A DNA stretch of 64,000 bases. Source: Alphaproteobacteria bacterium (GTDB taxonomy: Bacteria; Pseudomonadota; Alphaproteobacteria; UBA6615). Both the position numbers and the translations under genes were made by a program. The first letter of the stretch is position 1. Every line of letters begins with the position of its first letter. Location: the NCBI GenBank assembly GCA_965261975.1, contig CBDHEC010000008.1:32001-96000 (forward strand). Reading direction: 5' to 3'. Under the pieces are notes generated by a model. That model did no database searches, was not told the DNA's origin, and saw only the letters and a program-made list of their open reading frames with translations. This document shows, in pieces, positions 58,841 to 64,000 of this stretch.

Positions 58841-59683
58841 ATGTCCCCTGCCCACACCATAAACGCTCACGGCGCCGCCATTCCGGCGGTCGGCTATGGC
58901 ACCATGCTCTTCCCCGAACCCGAACGCGCGGTCGAGCTCATTCTCCATGCACTCAGTTGCGGCTACCGTCACATCGATACGGCACGCAAGTACGGCACGG
59001 AGCAATGGGTCGGTGAGGCCATCCGCGCCTCCGATGTGCCGCGCGACGAGATTTGGGTCACCACGAAAGTCACGGAAGAGAATGCGAAGGCAGACGATTT
59101 TGCGCGCTCGGTCGAGACCAGTCTTGAGACAACGGGCCTCGACCATGTCGACCTTTTGTTGATCCACTGGCCACAGCCGAATGTGCCGCTGGCCGAGACA
59201 CTCGGCGCGCTCGCCAAAGCCAAACGCGACGGCCTGGCGCGGCATATTGGGGTTTCGAACTTCACGATAGCATTGCTTGAAGAGGCCGCGGCCAAATGCC
59301 CGGAACCCCTGGTGACCAATCAGATCGAGTATCACTGCTACATCAATCAGGAGCGACTGATCACGGCGTGCCGCAACCACGGCCTGCTCGTCACATGCCA
59401 CGCCCCTCTGGCACGCGGCGCCATGCTCGACGACCCCGTCATCGTCGAGATCGCGGCGACCCACGGCAAGACCCCGGCCCAGATTGCGTTACGCTGGACG
59501 GTGCAGCAGCCGGGGATCGGTGTGGTCCCGCGGGCCCTCGAATTTTCCGAGATCGAGGAAAACATCGCGATCTTCGACTTCACACTGAGCGACGTGGAAA
59601 TGGACCGCATCGGGCAACTCAAGGAACGAAATCTGCGGGTCATCGACCCCGAGATACGCCGGCCCGTCTGGGACGAAATCTAG
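58841..59683 (+). CDS. Aldo/keto reductase
   Basis: GYRHIDTA..Y, TTKV, LIHWP, IGVSNF and NQIEYH motifs. Confidence 0.93.
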   Translation: MSPAHTINAHGAAIPAVGYGTMLFPEPERAVELILHALSCGYRHIDTARKYGTEQWVGEAIRASDVPRDEIWVTTKVTEENAKADDFARSVETSLETTGLDHVDLLLIHWPQPNVPLAETLGALAKAKRDGLARHIGVSNFTIALLEEAAAKCPEPLVTNQIEYHCYINQERLITACRNHGLLVTCHAPLARGAMLDDPVIVEIAATHGKTPAQIALRWTVQQPGIGVVPRALEFSEIEENIAIFDFTLSDVEMDRIGQLKERNLRVIDPEIRRPVWDEI

Positions 59684-59795
59684 TCGCACGCCCGTGGAAA
59701 GGGATAGGCGCATACCGCGGTTCTTCTCTAAGCTTGTTCCGAAGTCATGTGATCCCCGTCGGTGTCACAGCAAACAATTGCCCCAGGGAGTGCAC

Positions 59796-60146
59796 ATGAA
59801 ATTACGAACCAGAGTAATCGTGTCGGCGGTCGGCCTCGTGGCTGCATTCACGCTGTTCACGATCGCAACACCGGGACCGCAAACAGCGACGGCACAGAGC
59901 GCCGAACGAAATACCAACGCAGTCGCGATCATCGATTGCCGACGGACGGAGTCCTCCGGCCCAAAGATGGAACTCACGGCCTGGTCCGGCAGCAAGAATG
60001 TGGCACCGATCGTGCGGGGCACCGGCTGCGCCACGGCCATGCATCAACTGCTGGAGCGCGGTTTCGACCTCCGCACCAGCGATTCCGCGACGAACCCCGA
60101 GCGGTCCGCGAACTTCGTCACCCGATACGTCTTCATAAGGCCCTAA
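59796..60146 (+). CDS. Hypothetical secreted protein
   Basis: GGGAG RBS before ATG at 59796; signal-peptide-like N-terminus; two Cys in the mature part. Confidence 0.55.
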   Translation: MKLRTRVIVSAVGLVAAFTLFTIATPGPQTATAQSAERNTNAVAIIDCRRTESSGPKMELTAWSGSKNVAPIVRGTGCATAMHQLLERGFDLRTSDSATNPERSANFVTRYVFIRP

Positions 60147-60180
60147 GCGGTCTGCGTAACGGGCCGAGCCGGACAGATGT

Positions 60181-60501
60181 CTAGCTCAGCTCGACCGGTT
60201 CGCCATGGGGCGTCGAAAGATAGGCCTGCGTCCACGCCGCGCGCAGTTCATTCAGACTGTCCTGATCCGCATGGTCGTGCTCGATGAGGAAGGTCTCGAG
60301 CGCCCGAAGCCAGACGTCGTAATAATCCGACCCGTCCGTCGGGCCGCTGGCATCGAGCGCCTGCCTGAGCGCGCGCCCGAAGTGGGCCGCCCAGTCGGGC
60401 CAGGTAAACGTACCGGCCGCTGCCAGCGCATGGGTCAACCCGAAGATCTGCGCCTGCCATGGCTCGGCAAAGGGCCGCGTCGGCTCAGGCGGCCGGGACA
60501 A
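60181..60501 (-). CDS. Nitrile hydratase accessory/activator protein
   Basis: FAEPWQAQ.F, FTW.DW, YY..WL.ALE and TPHG.PV motifs; directly after nthB. Confidence 0.9.
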   Translation of the reverse strand: MSRPPEPTRPFAEPWQAQIFGLTHALAAAGTFTWPDWAAHFGRALRQALDASGPTDGSDYYDVWLRALETFLIEHDHADQDSLNELRAAWTQAYLSTPHGEPVELS

Positions 60502-61147
60502 GATAACTTTCCCAAAGATCCGCCGTCACGCTGTGCCCGGGCTCCGCATCGTCGCCCCACATTTCGCGCCCGTCGAAGCGCACCGCATAGAGATGCTGAG
60601 GCGCTTCGCCGTCCATCGTATAGCTGGCATCGGGGAAAACATGGGCCCCGTGGTGCAGAACGATCTCGCCGACCCGGTCACGCAGATAGCGCGGCAACCG
60701 GGTGTGACCCGAATGCATGTGCCGGGCCGTGCGAACCCGGTCACCGGGACGAAAGCCCGGCGCCGCCTCGATCTCGCGGCTCGAGGGACGGCCCTTGGGC
60801 AGGAACGACAGCAGGCCCGCCGCATCCACGGGCGGGGTCATCCGCTCCGCATCCGTGTCGGGGCGGCCGTTGCGAACTTCGTCGCGGGTGATCAAACCCT
60901 TCTCGATGGCAATGTTCACAAGGCCGGAAGCCCATTTCTCGTAATAGCTCATCGTCAGATAGTCGCCCGGCGGCAGCCGCTCGAGCGAATGCCGGTTGGC
61001 GTCGATGTTCCACCGCCCCCAAAAGCCCATGAGGACTCGCGTTCCCAGAATCCGGCCCTCCCAGGTGTCATGGAAGACGGGCTCATCCGTCTCCACGGGA
61101 ACGGAACCGAACCCCTCCACGCCGCCGAGATCGTGGACGCTGTCCAT
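60485..61147 (-). CDS. nthB: Nitrile hydratase beta subunit
   Basis: [26 protein letters not shown] and DLWESYL motifs. Confidence 0.95.
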   Translation of the reverse strand: MDSVHDLGGVEGFGSVPVETDEPVFHDTWEGRILGTRVLMGFWGRWNIDANRHSLERLPPGDYLTMSYYEKWASGLVNIAIEKGLITRDEVRNGRPDTDAERMTPPVDAAGLLSFLPKGRPSSREIEAAPGFRPGDRVRTARHMHSGHTRLPRYLRDRVGEIVLHHGAHVFPDASYTMDGEAPQHLYAVRFDGREMWGDDAEPGHSVTADLWESYLVPAA

Positions 61148-61788
61148 CAAACGGCTCCCGGGTTTAACGCCAGCCCGGTCCCGATCATGGAATCGCGCGT
61201 GACCAGGCCGGCCAGGCCGGTCTCGTCCAACCCGTCAGACCCGTCCGGGCGCTGCGGGACAACGAGGTAGCGGATTTCAGCAGTCGAATCCCAAACGCGT
61301 ATCTCCACATCGTCGGCGAGCTCAAGGCCGAACTCCGCAATGATCGCGCGCGGCTCGCGCACCACGCGGGCGCGATATTCGGGCGACTTGTACCAGACCG
61401 GCGGCAACCCCAGGACCGGCCACGGGTAGCAGGAGCACAATGTGCAGACGACCACATTGTGCACGTGATCCGTATTCTCGACCGCCACCATGTGCTCGCC
61501 CTGCATGCCCGAAAAGCCGAGCTCGGCGATCGCCGCCGTCGCATCGTCGAGAAGGCGTGCGCGATAGTCCGAGTCGGTCCAGACGCGGGCGATGACCTGC
61601 GCCCCGTTCTGCGGGCCAATGTCATTGGAGAAGGTGTCGACCAGCGCATCCACGGCGGCCGGGTCTACCAGTCCCTTGTCGACCAGCAATGTCTCGAGCG
61701 CCTTGGCGCGTAACGCCGGATCCGACGGCAACAACGAATGCGCATGTTCGTGCTCATGCGCGTGATCATGATCTGCTTTCTTCGCCAT
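61147..61788 (-). CDS. nthA: Nitrile hydratase alpha subunit, cobalt type
   Basis: VCTLCSCY metal motif (Thr/Tyr indicates Co type); His-rich N-terminus. Confidence 0.96.
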   Translation of the reverse strand: MAKKADHDHAHEHEHAHSLLPSDPALRAKALETLLVDKGLVDPAAVDALVDTFSNDIGPQNGAQVIARVWTDSDYRARLLDDATAAIAELGFSGMQGEHMVAVENTDHVHNVVVCTLCSCYPWPVLGLPPVWYKSPEYRARVVREPRAIIAEFGLELADDVEIRVWDSTAEIRYLVVPQRPDGSDGLDETGLAGLVTRDSMIGTGLALNPGAV

Positions 61789-61809
61789 ATCGCCCGCAAT
61801 CCGCACCTA

Positions 61810-61831
61810 AATAGTGATCCTCACCACTATT
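61810..61831. promoter_or_regulatory. Candidate operator upstream of nthA
   Basis: AATAGTG-N8-CACTATT perfect inverted repeat in an AT-rich patch 22-43 bp upstream of the start. Confidence 0.5.
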
Positions 61832-61931
61832 CAACATAATCGCGCCGAATTCAAAACGCCGCCACGCGGAGCCGGATTGCGCCACGAGCAGACACAGACT
61901 TGGGGGCAAAACTCAGATGATTTGAAATCCT

Positions 61932-62008
61932 TGGCGCGCCCGGGAAGATTCGAACTCCCAACCTCCTGATCCGTAGTCAGACGCTCTATCCAGTTGAGCT
62001 ACGGGCGC
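61932..62008 (-). tRNA. tRNA-Arg (ACG)
   Basis: GCGCCCGTAGCTCAACTGGATAGAGCGTCTGACTACGGATCAGGAGGTTGGGAGTTCGAATCTTCCCGGGCGCGCCA; 77 nt, CCA encoded. Confidence 0.97.
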
Positions 62009-62244
62009 TTTGGCCAAGGCGCGCGGAAGCTAATCAAATGCCTCGCCGATTGCAAGTATCTGAAGACCGGTATCCCTGTCTGCGAAATGTCGCGAAAATC
62101 CGGTCCAAAAGCCGCTTGCCCGGTCCAATGCCAATCGGTAACATCCGGCGCAACCATTTGGCTAATCAGCAATTTTTGTGCGTTCGCCGCTTCTGCGGCA
62201 TTATTTGGGGGACGCGCAGGGGCATTTGAGGGACAAGGGAGCGG

Positions 62245-63393
62245 ATGACCATAACACGCACCTGGTCGGCACTGGCCGGCGCAGCGCTGCTACTCGCGGC
62301 CTGCGATTTCACAGACGACGCACTCATTCCGTCCCTGACGGGCGAGCCTCCTTCCGGCGGCGACCGGCAGGTGATTGTCGCGAGCGCGGCTGAAAGAAAC
62401 CCGCAACCGACCATCTCCGGCGCACCACCGCAGCTTGGCCAGAATAATTTCCAGCCCGGTGGCGTGACGGCCGGGCAGCCCACGGGCACCGAAGTCGGGC
62501 GACGCGTGGAACGCCTGCGCGGCGACCTTGGACGCCTGCAGGCAAGTATCGGCAATGGCAACGAAGTGCTTCAGGGACTGCGCCAGCAGACCATCGCAAA
62601 CGCAAACACCTACCAAAGCCTCGTCGCCGACATTCAGGCACGCCTCCAGGTGGGTACGACACCGGGCAACCCGAATCTTGTCGCAGCCTGGACCCAGGCC
62701 CAGATGACGCTCGATCAGATTTCCGACGGTGTCGGACAGATGAACGGCCTGTCGAACAGCGTCGCGGACAGCAGCGCGCTGGCTGCGTTCATTCTGGAAT
62801 CCGTACGCGCCACCTACGGCCTCACCGGTGCGATCGACGAAGACCATCGCCAGCTCGCCATTCTCGAGGATGAGGTCAACCGCACCGTGGTGCTGATCGA
62901 CCGCCTGCTCAACGAACTGAGCGAAGACATATCGCGCCAGACCAACTATGTCGGTCGCGAGCGCAGCAACGTCACCGTGCTGTCACTCGCCGTGAAGAAC
63001 GGCGAGCTGTTCGGCACCAGCCTGGCCAACCGCGCCTTCGGCACCGCCGCGCCTGCGCGCGGCCCGTCAAACCCGGTGGCCAATCTGGCGAACCGCCGCC
63101 CGCTCGTGGTGATCCGCTTCGACCGCCCGAACGTGCCCTATCAGGAGCCGCTCTTCACCGCCGCCAGCGAAGCGCTGAACCGGCGCCCGGGTGCGGTGTT
63201 CGACATCGTCTCGATCGTGCCCCAGCAGGGCACGCCGGCACAGGTCGCGCTGTCCGCCAACCAGTCGCGGCGCAACGCCGAGCAGGTGCTCCAGACGCTG
63301 ATCCAGATGGGTCTGCCGAGTGATCGCCTGTCGCTGAGCTCCACTTCCAGTGCGGATGTGGGCAGCAACGAGGTGCATATCTACGTCAGATAG
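62245..63393 (+). CDS. Hypothetical lipoprotein with coiled-coil core and OmpA-like C-terminal region
   Basis: LAAC lipobox; heptad-rich middle; C-terminal VIRF..S.R.A..V..L..MG.P..R. Confidence 0.7.
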   Translation: MTITRTWSALAGAALLLAACDFTDDALIPSLTGEPPSGGDRQVIVASAAERNPQPTISGAPPQLGQNNFQPGGVTAGQPTGTEVGRRVERLRGDLGRLQASIGNGNEVLQGLRQQTIANANTYQSLVADIQARLQVGTTPGNPNLVAAWTQAQMTLDQISDGVGQMNGLSNSVADSSALAAFILESVRATYGLTGAIDEDHRQLAILEDEVNRTVVLIDRLLNELSEDISRQTNYVGRERSNVTVLSLAVKNGELFGTSLANRAFGTAAPARGPSNPVANLANRRPLVVIRFDRPNVPYQEPLFTAASEALNRRPGAVFDIVSIVPQQGTPAQVALSANQSRRNAEQVLQTLIQMGLPSDRLSLSSTSSADVGSNEVHIYVR

Positions 63394-63434
63394 TCCGGGG
63401 CCCGGCTCACACCGGGATCTCCCGCCATGTCTGT

Positions 63435-63998
63435 CTAGCGGTCGCGCTCGTCGAGCGCGCGGTCGAATGCAGCCAGCCGTTCGGCGACCCGCGCGTAGAC
63501 ACTGCCGGCAGGATAGTTGCCGTCCGAGTCGGGCACCCCTGCTTCCATCCCGGTGAACAATTCGACCGCTTCGTCCACATGGGCTGCCGAATAAGCGTGG
63601 AACCGACCCGCCGTGACATCCGCCGACATCTCGTCATCGAGGATGAGGCTCGGTTCGTTGGACCGGGGGAAAACGACCCCCTGGTCGCCCGTCAGCGGCC
63701 CCGCCTCCACGCAGGTGCGATAGAAGCCCTCGGCCTTCTCGATCAACCCGCCAATTGCCTGCACCTCACCGCGCTGGTTGACCGAGCCCGTGACCGCAAG
63801 GTCCTGGCGCAACGGCACATCGGCGAGATCCGACAGGATTGTCAGAACCTCGGCCAGCGAGGCGCTGTCTCCCTCGACCCCGCCATAGCTCTGCTCGAAG
63901 GTGATCGAGGCGTTGAATGACAACGGCGTGCGCCGCGCGAAAAGCCCGGCGAGGAACCCCTGGATGACCATCGCACCCTTTTGCTGGATCGGTCCGCC
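63435..63998 (-). CDS. Lon-like (S16) protease, C-terminal part; 5' end outside the window
   Basis: FEQSYGGVEGDSAS (catalytic Ser), AVTGSVNQ.G and IGG..EK (catalytic Lys). Confidence 0.9.
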   Translation of the reverse strand, partial: GGPIQQKGAMVIQGFLAGLFARRTPLSFNASITFEQSYGGVEGDSASLAEVLTILSDLADVPLRQDLAVTGSVNQRGEVQAIGGLIEKAEGFYRTCVEAGPLTGDQGVVFPRSNEPSLILDDEMSADVTAGRFHAYSAAHVDEAVELFTGMEAGVPDSDGNYPAGSVYARVAERLAAFDRALDERDR

Positions 63999-64000
63999 GA

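Overview
GC-rich bacterial DNA. The argD-argF-hslO and apaG-folE-trkH gene order and the protein sequences suggest an alphaproteobacterium, probably Rhodospirillales-like (inference). A housekeeping core (about 24.2-37.4 kb: tRNA-Gly, apaG, folE, trkH, argE, hslO, argF, argD, two ABC-2 permeases, recX, mscS, motAB) is flanked by two enzyme-rich accessory regions, each lying on the 3' side of a tRNA gene. No integrase, IS, prophage or CRISPR array was seen. Highlights: (1) an uncharacterised module of a Tm-1-like/UPF0261 protein, an atypical SdhA/NadB-family flavoprotein, an M24-fold protein with an Asp-to-Cys metal-site change, and a two-domain PEP-synthase-like protein with a 33-aa His-X insert, plus a tandem palindromic operator; (2) an IclR-linked operon of sulfatase, phloroglucinol-reductase-like SDR, pyrogallol-transhydroxylase-like Mo enzyme (alpha with an extra N-terminal domain, plus beta) and methyltransferase, suggesting anoxic polyphenol turnover; (3) an FNR/FixK-box-flanked cluster with an in-frame fusion of an amino-acid permease to an FNR-type HTH; (4) a second in-frame chimera (MscS plus ABC ATPase tail) and two genes with internal stops; (5) a nested-stem element just upstream of egtB; (6) a cobalt-type nitrile hydratase operon. 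All family calls come from motif recognition by eye, not from database searches.
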